Both the position numbers and the translations under genes were made by a program. A stretch of DNA of 64,000 bases. Source: Eledone cirrhosa. Its lineage: Eukaryota. Below, in pieces: positions 37,706 through 49,229 of this stretch. A model generated the notes under the pieces. The model was not told the DNA's origin. It worked only from the letters and a program-made list of their open reading frames with translations, and ran no database searches. The DNA is taken from assembly GCA_964016885.1 (NCBI GenBank), contig OZ024742.1, forward strand, positions 276,086,001-276,150,000, read 5' to 3'. Every line of letters starts with the position of its first letter. Position 1 is the stretch's first letter.

Positions 37706-38166
37706 CATCCAGCCCACACTGTAAAGTGGTCGTGTAGGTGACACGATAAAAAATACCCAGCCCACACTGTAAAGTGGTCTTGTAGGTGACACGACAAAAA
37801 GCATCCAGCCCACACTGTAAAGTGGTCTTGTAGGTGACACGACAAAAAGCATCCAGCCCACACTGTAAAGTGGTCTTGTAGGTGACACGTCAAAAAACAC
37901 GCAGCCCCCACTGTAAGGTGGTCGTGAGGTGCCACACAAAAAAATTCCAGCCCACACTGTAAAGTGGTCTAGTAGAAATCACACAAAAAGCACCCAGCAT
38001 AACTGTAAACGTGGTTGGCGTTAGGAAGGGCATCGAGCTGTAGAAATCTAGCCAGAAACAGTTCTATATGAGCAAAACACGGGCAACTGACTAAACTTGC
38101 CTCAAATGGGACAACCCGTCTAACCCATGCTAGGGTAGAATGTTGACGTTTAACGATGATGATGAT
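37706..38166 (+). mobile_element. ORF-less RTE-tail element with six tandem 48-bp hairpin/pseudoknot units
   Basis: CCAGCCCACACTGTAAAGTGGTCGTGTAGGTGACACGACAAAAAGCA at 37709, 37757, 37805, 37853, 37901 and 37947, then GTTAGGAAGGGCATC ... AACCCATGCTAG ... (GAT)n. Confidence 0.9.
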
Positions 38167-39149
38167 ACCACTACAGACACTATAACATCCTGTTACCATC
38201 TCCTCCATACTACAATTACATTACGATATCCCTCCACTTTTAAACATAAGACGTGTGTATATATAAACAAGTGATGGTGGTGTTGTAGTGATTGTTTAGC
38301 CCTAGACCAAAGACTTGGTGAATTGATGGTTATTTTTGTTTCCCTTTTCTTTTTTTTCTCTCGCTTTGGTCGTATATTTTGGTGCGTTGTATTTGTAAGT
38401 TTCCTAGGCAATAGTTAATTGTATTTATTGTTTCTTGCCTCAAAGTGTTTAGTTAACCCTTATGATGTGATGTGCGGCCGATTGCGGCACTTGGTGGTAA
38501 ATTGATGGTAATTTTTGTTTTTGCCCCCCCCCCCCTTTTTTTTCTCTTTTGTGCGTTTATATTTGTTTATCAACATTATATTTGTAATGTTCTGAACAAA
38601 TTGCAAGCAATTTACAATGTTATTTACGCATTTGTAATGTTATTTATACAACTGTGAATAAAAATTATGTATATATACATTCATACTTATACATAAATAC
38701 ATACTTATACATACATACCATTTTACACACATACACATGTATATATTAGATTGTTTCTTTGTAAAATAAAATCTGTACTTCAATTACTTTCTCCAGTCAA
38801 AGAATTTGTAATGTTATTTATACAACTGTGAATAAAAATTATAACTTAGATCAAGTTTCATTGGATACAGCTGTGATGAAAATTGTTCTATCAATGATGG
38901 AACGCCAGATTTTAACGGCACTTTGGTAAATTACGACGAATTTCCTATAAATAGTGATTGTAGTTTAGCCCTAGGTTAGTATTCATCAAGCATACATATG
39001 ACGAACTCCCGGTCGTTGTCTCGGGCATTGTGTATCTAGGGGCTGCATTAGCTATGTCCCCGCCTTTCCTCATTTTTCAAACACTGCAAAGTTTAATTTA
39101 AGTGTGAGGCAGCTATTACTTTTTGCGAGGCAAGCAACAGCCTTGTTGC

Positions 39150-39305
39150 GGCATGTGTTTGTGTCCCGTAACTTAGTGGTTCGACAAAAAAGTGATAGAT
39201 AACATAAGTACCAAACTTGAAAAAATAAGTACTGGGGTCATATGACAGTCTAAATCAAGGCGGTGTCACAGCATGGCCAGTCTAATGACTGAAAATAGTA
39301 AAATA
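39150..39305 (+). mobile_element. SINE
   Basis: CGTAACTTAGTGGTTCG ... AAGTACTGGGGTC ... CAAGGCGGTG..CAGCATGGCC..ATGACTGAAA. Confidence 0.7.
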
Positions 39306-40186
39306 CATGAGAATATACACACACGTTCCAACTAAGTGCAGGATCTCACACACGTGTGTGTGTGTGTGTGTAAAGAGTAGGAACGAGATTTTTAAAAAGT
39401 ATATATAGACACACATACGTTTATAAATGGCATGGTGACGAGATTATTTAGGGGGCTTACTTGTCTTTCTTATTATCCACTTTTCTTGGTTGTTCTCTGT
39501 ATCTGCTTCTCATTTCTCAGTCAAACTTTCTGTTACACGCGCCATAGCATCAAATCATCTCTCTATCACTGTCATAATATCGCCCCAATCTCTGCCAGTC
39601 ATACCACCACCCCCTCTCTATCCACTCACACCACCACTATTTCTTAATATCTCCCTCTCCCCGAAAGTCACTCCAATATCCACAACCACCAGCATACCAC
39701 AATGATCCACCATCATAACATGTGGGTTAGTTAACGATGGGGAGAGGGGGGACCACTTCTTTAGATTTACATCAAATTACACACAATCTACAAGAACGTC
39801 CCATAAAATAGTGTAGTCCTAGATACACAATGTTTGTCACGACTGGGACGCTTTTGATTGAAGTCTAATTACTTGACCACGACGACCTGGTGCTAATTGA
39901 TAGCACGTTTGTAAACAAGCGAATATATATTTATAGATATGGGGGGAGGAGTATGTGTAATATACAACCAATGTTTATGTCTATAAAGAATGTGTGACCA
40001 TATATACATATGTGTGTGTGGAACACTTAATAGAATAACAGTGAACATAGAACTACGAATAAATGAACTGTATACATTCACAAAATATATATCTGTAGAC
40101 TTTTTTCTCATCTCCAGGGGTGCCTTACTCGATTTTCTCAATTACTATTTATGGTTTATCAAAGTAGGTGCGTGTATCAGCATGCA

Positions 40187-40222
<36 letters not shown>

Positions 40223-40609
40223 TATTTATATAGAGAGAGATAACAGAGTACCCACGTTGTTAATATGACACTATATATCACATGCACAAAGTTTTACTGA
40301 CACTGAAGGAACCGATAAAATTGCCAGTAGGTATATATTTAAATAAGGTTCATTTTATACACACACATACACACATATGTATATATATATATATATGATA
40401 TGTGCGTGACGCTTCTCGTGATAAATAAGACAATAATATAATCTGAACTATTTTATTCAAAATTAGAGTTTAGTGTCAGTGTTAATTCATATTTGTTATT
40501 TTTATAACTGCCAATAGATTAAATTAACCCTATCACCAATTAGGAATAAATATATCATTGTTGACATTATTATTAAAGAATACCCCACTCGAGTTCAGTG
40601 AAAACTGAA

Positions 40610-41285
40610 ACTTTTTCTCGTGTTCTATTAACTAATCTAACCTCCAAGATGCTGGCAATCAACCTTTTCCCCGGAATACGGAGGTGGCGGGGTGTCCCCA
40701 CATCCTCGGATAACACCCTCCTTCCTCAGAGTTTTCCCTACGATTTTTTTTTTTTCGTGTTATCAACGAATTGGACCTCCAAACCAGTCAGAACCGACTA
40801 GATTTGCAGAAAAGGGGGGTGGGGTGAAAAGGGGCGAAAAGACCATCGGCGTTTCGCAAATTGACACACCTCTCGCGTTTCCTTGATGTTTTCTGAACCT
40901 CTGAGATGTTTGCAATACACTTTTTTTCCCCCGAGTTAGGTTTAGGTTTAGGATTAGATTTATGGTTAGGGTTTCCGTTTACCGTGAGAAAAAATCGATT
41001 GCAAGCATCTAAGAAGTCCAGAAATTTAATTATTTCCCACAAAACGCGAGAGGTGTATAGATCTGGGAAACTCCGATGGTCTTTCTCCTCCTTTCGCCCT
41101 ACTTTTTCTACAAATGTAGTCGTTTCCGATTGGTTTAGAGGTCATATTCGTTAATAACACGTGAAAAAGAAAATTGGAGAGAAAACTCCCGGGTACCCAC
41201 ACTACTCCTTTCCTTCTCCAAGAAAAAAAGTCGATTGCCAGAATCTTCGACGTTAGATTAGTTGACAGCGCACGAAAAAAAAATC
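40610..41285. mobile_element. Degenerate ~680-bp foldback element with central (GGTTAG)-like repeats
   Basis: 40612-40660 is inverted at 41232-41280, and 40750-40815 is inverted at 41100-41168. A related fragment lies at 46060-46130. Confidence 0.65.
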
Positions 41286-41750
41286 GAGGAAAATATTTTT
41301 TGTTTAGTAACAAGTGCTTACAAGCACTATCGTTTGTGCACTAGAACCAGTAGTCATATCGATCTTAAAGGAGTCTTTGTTTCGTTCGTTTTCCTGTCTT
41401 CGCCTATATATTTAATATATGTGTGTGTGTGCATATATATATATATGTGTTATACTTTGGGAGGGTCATGTTGCCAATAAAAACACATGCACTTATTGGT
41501 TTTCACTTCAATTTATCATAAACTCCAAGTCGATTAGTTTAATGGTTGTTTAGCTGTTGATTGTCAAAGCTTTTTCATCACACATTCTGTGTGACCTCCC
41601 TAGTCAGTGACTACTTTTGTTGTTATTTAGTGTCCCTCCTTTGTTCTGTCCTACACCATCTTGTTTTTGTGAGCTGGATATATATATATATATATGAAAA
41701 TATATATAAATAGATGTGAGAAAAACCACAGACCCTCCATCTCAACTCTA

Positions 41751-41786
41751 CTTTTGAAAAGCAGAAGAACTGCGAAACCGGTAAAG
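41751..41786 (+). ncRNA. Minimal hammerhead with U3-A8 variant core
   Basis: CTT-TTGAAAA-GCAG AAGAA CTGC-GAA-ACCGGT-A^AAG, in a ~100-bp island between (TA)n tracts. Confidence 0.65.
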
Positions 41787-42034
41787 GAAGCAAATAAATA
41801 TATATATATATATTTTTAAATAAGACTCCAGTTGCATTTTCGATTTCATCTTTTTTTCTTTATTCTTTCACTCGTGTAGGACACCTTGGTTATTTTTCAT
41901 TTTGTAAAAAAACCTCACTTTCTAATATATATATATATTACCTTGACCGACCAGTCTATCGGGCGTCCATTCGTCGCCGCTGGTCACAGCACGTCATGCT
42001 GTTTTAGCCATAAGATAACGCCATCCCGCAGGCC

Positions 42035-42061
<27 letters not shown>

Positions 42062-42071
<10 letters not shown>

Positions 42072-42494
42072 TAAACGGAATAGAAAATGCTGACAAATTG
42101 TTCACAGTTGAAAAATGGTTTAATTAGGAATAAAAGAGTATTAGTGATTGTATGGGTTAGTATTCAGTTGTGGTTTTAAGTTTTTAAGTTTTTACCGGTT
42201 GCGCATTTCTAAATGCTTTTCAAAAATAAAAAAATAACGCTGGAGCAACTTTTTTAACATAAAAACAGGTAGAATTCCCAAAACTAATCAGATCAGAGCA
42301 AACAGCACGGACACTCTATCTCAAAATTATTTTTGAAAAGCATTTAGAAATGCGCAACCGGTAAAAACTTAAAAACTTAAAACCACAACTGAATACTAAC
42401 CCATACAATCACTAATACTCTTTTATTCCTAATTAAACCATTTTTCAACTGTGAACAATTTGTCAGCATTTTCTATTCCGTTTACCAATATATA
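42062..42494. mobile_element. ORF-less palindromic pLTR element (~165-bp apparently perfect arms, ~97-bp spacer)
   Basis: 42062-42229 is the reverse complement of 42327-42494. Each arm carries TTGAAAA-GCATT/AATGC-GCA-ACCGGT-A. Confidence 0.9.
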
Positions 42495-42559
42495 ATAACT
42501 TGTGTGTTACACCTCTATTCTTTTAACTATATATATATATATATACGTGTGTGTGTGTG

Positions 42560-42770
42560 GACAATGCCCGATGGGTGAGGAAATCCCAGCGGAAGGAAGT
42601 CGCAGTAGAGGACGACCAAGAAAGACCTGGGAAGAGGTTGTGAGAGCTGATCTCAAATCGCTAAGACTGGAAGAGGCAATGATGAAGAAACGCGACAAGT
42701 AGAGAGATGCCATGCTGAGAGGGACCCATCCAACCCATGCAAGTATGGAAAAGCGGACGTAAAAACGATG

Positions 42771-42772
<2 letters not shown>
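42560..42772 (+). mobile_element. RTE 3' end, short-UTR subfamily
   Basis: EGSRSRGRPRKTWEEVVRADLK runs directly into AACCCATGCAAGTATGGAA ... (GAT)n. Confidence 0.85.
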
Positions 42773-42835
<63 letters not shown>

Positions 42836-42877
42836 TTGTATATAGCTGATATATGTGTGTGTGTAAATATGTATATA

Positions 42878-43035
42878 CAGGTAAAATTCCGCTATAACGA
42901 ATTTTTTAGTATAACGAAATTTTTTCAATCTCCGGCCACATGTTTGATGTGTTAAGTCGATCTCGTTATTAAGAATTTTTCGTTACAACGAATTTTTTTA
43001 TACCACGTGAATCACGTTATAACGGAATTTCATAG
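42878..43035. mobile_element. pogo/Tigger-like MITE
   Basis: ta-CAGGTAAAATTCCGCTATAACG ... CGTTATAACGGAATTTCA. A copy of 37440-37581. Confidence 0.75.
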
Positions 43036-43330
43036 TATATATGTGTGTGTGTGTGTGTGTGTATTGTATATGCATATATTGTGAAGGTGTGAGGTTGTGA
43101 GTTCGATTCCCGAATCGGGTGATGCGTTATGTCCTCGAGCAAGACACTATTTCACGTTGCTCATTCTGCCTGGATTTACAACCGGTAGATAGTAATGTAT
43201 TAGCAATTGGAAAGACCAATGGAAACATTGTTTCCTCGGTACGATTTAACATTAAGCGAATGAGGTCTGGGATCTTGTCGATCGACTGTTATATGTATAT
43301 ATATATATATGAGTGTGTGTAAATAAATAA

Positions 43331-43361
<31 letters not shown>

Positions 43362-43692
43362 TGTATGTATGTATGTATGTATGTATGTATGTATGTATGT
43401 ATGTATGTATGTATGTATGTTTTCTCTTTCTCTTAATTTCGAGTATATTTTTTTGACCGGCCACCTTCCTGGTGGCAAGGTTGTAAAAGAAAAGAAATTG
43501 TCATCCCTTGAATCGCAAGAATGTTTTGCATATTTTGAAGGTGCCAGCTATCGCAGCCATTTGTAGACTATGAATTAGGGAGCTGCGCTTTTTGTCCGCA
43601 AATCCAAGTTCGGTCATACTTTGGTCCAAGCGGGTTGGTATATAACCCGTAGCACCAACAATGATGGGTATGAAGCTAAAGGTGTATCTTGG

Positions 43693-43723
<31 letters not shown>

Positions 43724-43782
43724 TGTATGTATGTATGTATGTATGTATGTATGTATGTATGTATGTATGTATGTATGTATGT

Positions 43783-44822
43783 ATTACCTGCCCCTGGTAA
43801 GCAGTACAGTGGGCTAAATATCTATGTGTATGGTAAACGACTTGGAGTGGTTGATCAGTTTGTCTACCTGGGAAGCACTGTCAGTCGATACAGCAACTTT
43901 GATAATGAAATCCCACCCAGGATTAGGAAAGTAAGTGATGCTTTCGGAAAGCTAGAAAGGCGACTCTGGGGTCTGTGAGACATATGCAAGAAGACGAAGG
44001 TAAAGGTGTACAAGGCATGTGTGTTGTCCTCTCCTTTATGCCTGCGAGACCTGGGTCACATATCGACATCACCTTAAACAATTGGAGCGTTTCCATCAGA
44101 TGTGTCTCAGACGGATCCATGGCATTCACTGAAGGGACCACATCAGTGATGTCAAGATTTTGGAAAGTTCTCTGAGTGACAGTATAGAAGCTCTTGTGCT
44201 TAAGCAAAGACTCCGTTGGAGTGGTCACCTTGCCAGAATGAAGGATTCTAGAATACCAAAACAACTCTTTTCTGGAGAGTTAGTTAAAGGAAAACGACCT
44301 CCACATAAACCAAAAAAGAGGTATAACGATTCGTTGAAAGCCTCTTTGAAAGACGCTAACATCTCTGCTGGTACATGGGAAAATGTTGCTGCTGATCGTA
44401 ATAAATGGAGAAAGACTTTCCCCTCATATATGAGGAAGTTGCCTTTGAGGCATCTCGAATCGCATACGAGAAAGTAAAGCAGGATGTGAGGAAGGGCATT
44501 ACTGTTGCATTTCCAGACAGCGAAGGTCCTCCTATGGTGCTGACATGCAGCGTTTGTGCGAGACTGTGCCTCAGCAAAGCTGGACTCGAAAGTCATCTTC
44601 GCAGTCATAAAGTGAAACCAGTGGTTGACTACCAGTCTGCTGTTGGAGATGCTACTCAGCATGCTTGCCAAGCATGTAGAGAATGTAAATCAGCAGGAGG
44701 GCTCAAACGACATGCACTCCAGCCACAGCCGGCTATTCCCAGTGAATGTTTTGGTTGCCAACTCTGTGCAAGACATTTTAGATCATTGGCTGGGCTAAAA
44801 AGCCACATCCGATCGCAGCACT
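43783..44822 (+). pseudogene. RTE (BovB-like) 3' fragment with three C2H2 zinc fingers
   Basis: VDQFVYLGSTVS, QRLRWSGHLARMKDSRIPKQL..GEL..GKR, CSVCARLCLSKAGLESHLRSH, CQAC-RECKSAGGLKRH and CQLCARHFRSLAGLKSHIRSQH. Confidence 0.88.
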
Positions 44823-44843
44823 GTCAATTGTTATCGCGCGCGC

Positions 44844-44874
<31 letters not shown>

Positions 44875-45099
44875 TGTGTGTGCGTGCGTACATGTGTGTG
44901 TGTATGTGAGTGTGAGAGTGCGTATAAATATGTATATGTGTGTGTGTATAGATATATATATATTATTACTATTATTATTGTTATTATTGTTGTCGTTATT
45001 ATGTGTTTTATTTTCTTTCAATTGCCATACTCGAAAACGAGGGAGCAGCCATCATTTATGTGTGTATGTATTTATGTCAAGGCGGTATTCCAGCATGTT

Positions 45100-45360
45100 A
45101 GTTAAAGTTAAAGTCTGTCTCGAGCCCGAAGACTCATTAGGCCGTTACATATCCTGGTTTCTGTGGCGTGAAGCGACTGAGAGTACAAGACTCCCCAACC
45201 CTGGACAGGATGCCAGTCCATCGCAGGGTTAATCCTCACCCCCACCCCACCAATAGCTGGGCATACTGGAGCAACGTGAAATGAAGTGTTTTGCGCAACC
45301 CAGTCAAGGAATCGAACCCACGACATTATAGTCGTATGTCCAACATCATACCACTATGTA
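45100..45360 (-). mobile_element. tRNA-derived SINE (CORE/Meta-like)
   Basis: Reverse complement has the GGTTCGATTCC B box and AACCCTGCGATGGACTGGCATCCTGTCCAGGG. Confidence 0.75.
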
Positions 45361-45395
45361 TACTAGTGACTGAAACAAGTATAAGAGAATACATT

Positions 45396-45479
<84 letters not shown>

Positions 45480-45582
45480 CGCACGCATATATGTCATATA
45501 TGTACATGCATAGTATTCTAAAGACTATTTTTTCCAATTCCAACCCGCCCGTCCCCCCCAATCTATTTTATTTCTCATTCTT

Positions 45583-45618
45583 TCTTCTGATGAAGAACTG
45601 GCGTCCGAAACGTTAAGA
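45583..45618 (+). ncRNA. Minimal hammerhead ribozyme in a pLTR fragment (45520-45705)
   Basis: TCTT-CTGATGA-A-GAAC TGGC GTCC-GAA-ACGT-T^AAGA. Confidence 0.75.
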
Positions 45619-45703
45619 CCTCCTTCCTGCGATATCAAGCGTTAACCTAATATATCCCTTCCATATACTGTATCGATTGTGTTGTTATTTCTGTTTACCT
45701 TTT

Positions 45704-45853
<150 letters not shown>

Positions 45854-46514
45854 GGCAAACAGAAATAACAACACAATTTAGATCAACCACCTTATATATA
45901 TATATATATATATTATACTATGCATGTACATATATGCGTGCGTGTCTACACGGTTATATATATAAACACACCTTTAAGTATATAATAGTGGAAGTTCTCC
46001 AGTTATTTACGCGTGTTTACAAATAAACTCCGAGGATACTACGCCTTCCCTCCCATCCTAACCCCAGTTTTCTACAAATATAATAATTTTCGACGGGTTT
46101 AGAGGTCAGATTCGTTGGAAAGACGAAATAAATAATTTCGCATCGATCTCGGGACGGGTTTAGATCTAAATTTAGCTATATATAAATCCGATACTTATTT
46201 TACGCACACATACACATAAAACATATTTAATTAGAAATAACAGCCAATTATTCAAATCACTCAATGTTGCTATTAAAAAATGAAACACATTTAAATGTTT
46301 GTTTTTGAAATGTCAAAGCAAAGAAAACAAACTTACCTCGTGGAAGGTTTCTGAATGAATGAATGAATCTTGTACCGTCTTTTCTTCTTTCTCCCGCTTC
46401 TACCTTGCTGCTGTCCTCCCACCCTTCAAATTGATTACTTAGAAACGCTGACTACTACCACCACAACTACTACTACTACTACTACTACTACTACTGCTGC
46501 TGCTGGATAGATTC

Positions 46515-46760
46515 TCCGTCCAAATGACCGTTATCTGGCCATCGTCGCTGTCCGACAGGTTTGTGGTCGAACCCGTGGCAGTGGAGACTTTTGACGTCCT
46601 TGGCCCTGGAGCCAACTACCTGCTCATCACCATCGGCGCAGAGTTGGCTACCCGCAGGATTGGGCCTCGTCAGCTGGAATGGCTCTTCCAGCGCTTCTCC
46701 CTCACCATCCTCCTGGGAAACGCCTTGGTTATTATGTCCGCCGGGGTCGCGGGGCGACCA
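46515..46760 (+). pseudogene. CRE-clade retrotransposon C-terminal (RLE) fragment
   Basis: LSDRFVVEPVAVETFDVLGPGA..L...IG.EL ... PRQLEWLFQRFSLTILLGNA. The stretch is GC-rich. Confidence 0.8.
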
Positions 46761-47918
46761 GCGCGTGGCCCTCTATTTGCTCATAATAGTGAGAGATGGG
46801 TAGAGCAGGAGAGAGATGGGTAGAGCGGGAGAGAGAGAGGCATTCACAGTGAGAGTTTGGTTCTTTGTGTTCGGACCTGGTGTATATATATATATATGTT
46901 TCACGGACGCACACTCATGCAGGGGCCTCGTTTGCCTTTAAAACGAGTGGGGGACAAACCAACATTTGTTGGTTCTTAAAGGAGCATGTTAGTATTGCTT
47001 ATGGTACCTTTCCCGGACCCTATCACACGAGTAAAATTTTACGCTAATTAAATTTTATATATTCAAATGAAGTTCAGATATAAAAAAAAATAAGCTTAAA
47101 AAGAATTTATTACATCAAATAAACAAAAAATAAAACATAGACGTTTGAAAAAATGGGGGGGGGGGGGGCTTGTCCCCTGGTACCGCCCTGAAACAAGGCC
47201 CTTGCACGCATGTATGTGATGGATTCTTCCTTAGCATCTTGATTTAACTATTATCATTGAAGCAAATGGTGTTTATTTTTCGTATTTTTCGAATTTATCT
47301 CCTAGTTTGTTTGTTTGTTTTTTTGGAAGTGGGTGTTGTACATATATTTAGTGCATCCAGAATGCTGCCTGCGCCCCATTACCATTTGTGAATAACGAAA
47401 TGTTTTGCGGCTGTTAGTCGGGAGACAAGCAAACCGTTAGTATATAAACGCAAATATCGATTTCCTTGTTACCCAGGCCTTAAGGCTCTGAAGCATTAAG
47501 ACTTCGAGGCATAGTTTACAATATGCACCCGGAGAATATTGGCGCCCACGGTAACCACCCTTTTAAAGATTGTTGACTATATTTAGGGCTTCTGGTGTCT
47601 TGGTTCGAAGTTGTGGTTAACGGTTTCTACTTGTTACTTTTCTCTTCACATCCGAGTCCATAAACTGGTGACCGCCCTCCCCAAAAATAGTTTTGCATTT
47701 GCGCCCACCAGATCTTATCTTAAGAGTTGTATTTGTTGTAGCTTTCGTTCGTTACCGATGTTCGATGTGTGTCGCTGTGTAGCAATAATTCGATCTCTTG
47801 ACAAAGTAGGTCAGTGTGACCATATGCTGACCTTGTAAACGGAACATCTATGTGCTACAATGTAGCACATGGATGTACAGTTTTTCTTTCTCTCAAACTG
47901 ATGCCAGATACTCTAGAG

Positions 47919-48237
47919 CAAGGGCGTGCCACAAGCGGCCCGCGGGCCACAATCCGGCCCTCCAGACCTGTCAGAGTGACCCGCAATGACCGTTTTTAAT
48001 TTTTACCTTGTAGATTTATTTAGAATTTCTTTCGTAACCATAATACAATTTTCTGTTAGTTGTCCTATACTAAAGGGTTTCACTGATAGGGTTATGTGTG
48101 TTATAATTTCCCAGTTCCATGTTATGGAAAGAAGTTGTGGTGAATCTTTGGAATAGTGCTTTATAAATATTAATGGCCCTAATAGTTGTTCCAATGTTCA
48201 AAAGTGGCCCGCCAATGAAATATGTTGCATATCCCTG
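47919..48237. mobile_element. hAT (Charlie-like) MITE
   Basis: Perfect 8-bp TSD CTCTAGAG at 47911-47918 and 48238-48245. Ends CAAGGG ... CCCTG, with subterminal GCGGCCCGCGGGCCAC. Confidence 0.85.
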
Positions 48238-49229
48238 CTCTAGAGAAACTGGCCAACTAGAGATTTTTTTAGCTAACACTTTCAGGGGACAAAGCTGCTG
48301 CCAGTCAATCGTTACAATTGCAGAGTTCATACCAACCAGCTAAGATGTAGTGGTCAACTGTCTCACACAGAGACCCTTTTGGAGTTGGAGGTTCTCTCTT
48401 TCTCTCTCTTGGTCTCCCTCGCTGCCAGGTCAACGAAATTCATCGCATTAACAGAAATTTGGGAAATACATTTTTAATAATCGTTTTGTAAGCAAACACG
48501 CATACACATCATACCTGATACACATCATACAATTCAACTGTAGTTATTTGTTCTTCATGTATTGTCGTATAAATTCGACGAAAGTTATAATTAATAAATT
48601 AGTAATTGTGTTATTGTAGGCGATATATTTCATTTCCTATGTGATCAGGCTAAATCACTTAACCCAGGAACCATCATCATCATCATAATGAACACTTGCT
48701 CTCTTACTTGCACACCCGTATTCTCCGCCCACACTCTATCAGGCACATCAATCTTCTTTCGCCTACCTTCTACAGCACAGTGACCACACAACTGAGCAAT
48801 CCACAAGTGACACAACAACCGAATCAACACCACAACACACCACCATCTCATCTAACATCACTATAATAGTAAGTCCTCGTCTGCCGCCGCCGGCAGGCAT
48901 CCTAAAGGATGGTCCAACGCTATATCTTGCACCGATACCCACCTTCCGCCCAGATTGCGTTTTAAGGGTTATATTTGTGAAAGAGAAAATGACAACGGCG
49001 CCATACTCCGCCGCAGTAGTTGCTAGACAAAAACAGAAAACAAGACCATTCATATCTTATTTGTTGAACTCGCTAAAAAGAAGTATGTGTATGCCTGCGT
49101 TATAAGCCAGTAGAGTCCAATATTGTATGTCAGTTACGACGAAAGGCAGGCACCGATAAGCGAGATTTATGTTGGAACATCTTTCCACTGTTATTGCACT
49201 GCTCGAATAAAAAATAATATAATCTTCAA

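Noticed and set aside
37706-38000. CRISPR array, pistol ribozyme or twister ribozyme
   Set aside because: There are no variable spacers. P1 and the A-rich linker resemble pistol, but P2/P3 and the catalytic residues are absent, and there is no twister core.
40934-40975. Interstitial telomere
   Set aside because: There are only a few degenerate units, located inside a foldback repeat.
41560-41615. Minus-strand hammerhead-like motif (GTCA-CTGACTA ... GTCACAC/GTGTGAT-GAAAAAGCTTTGAC)
   Set aside because: G8 is changed, there is an extra insertion before stem II, and the cleavage triplet is ambiguous. It is too decayed to call.
44524-44822. Host C2H2 zinc-finger gene
   Set aside because: The fingers are contiguous with RTE RT C-terminal motifs and recur in the RTE relics at ~16910 and ~23660.
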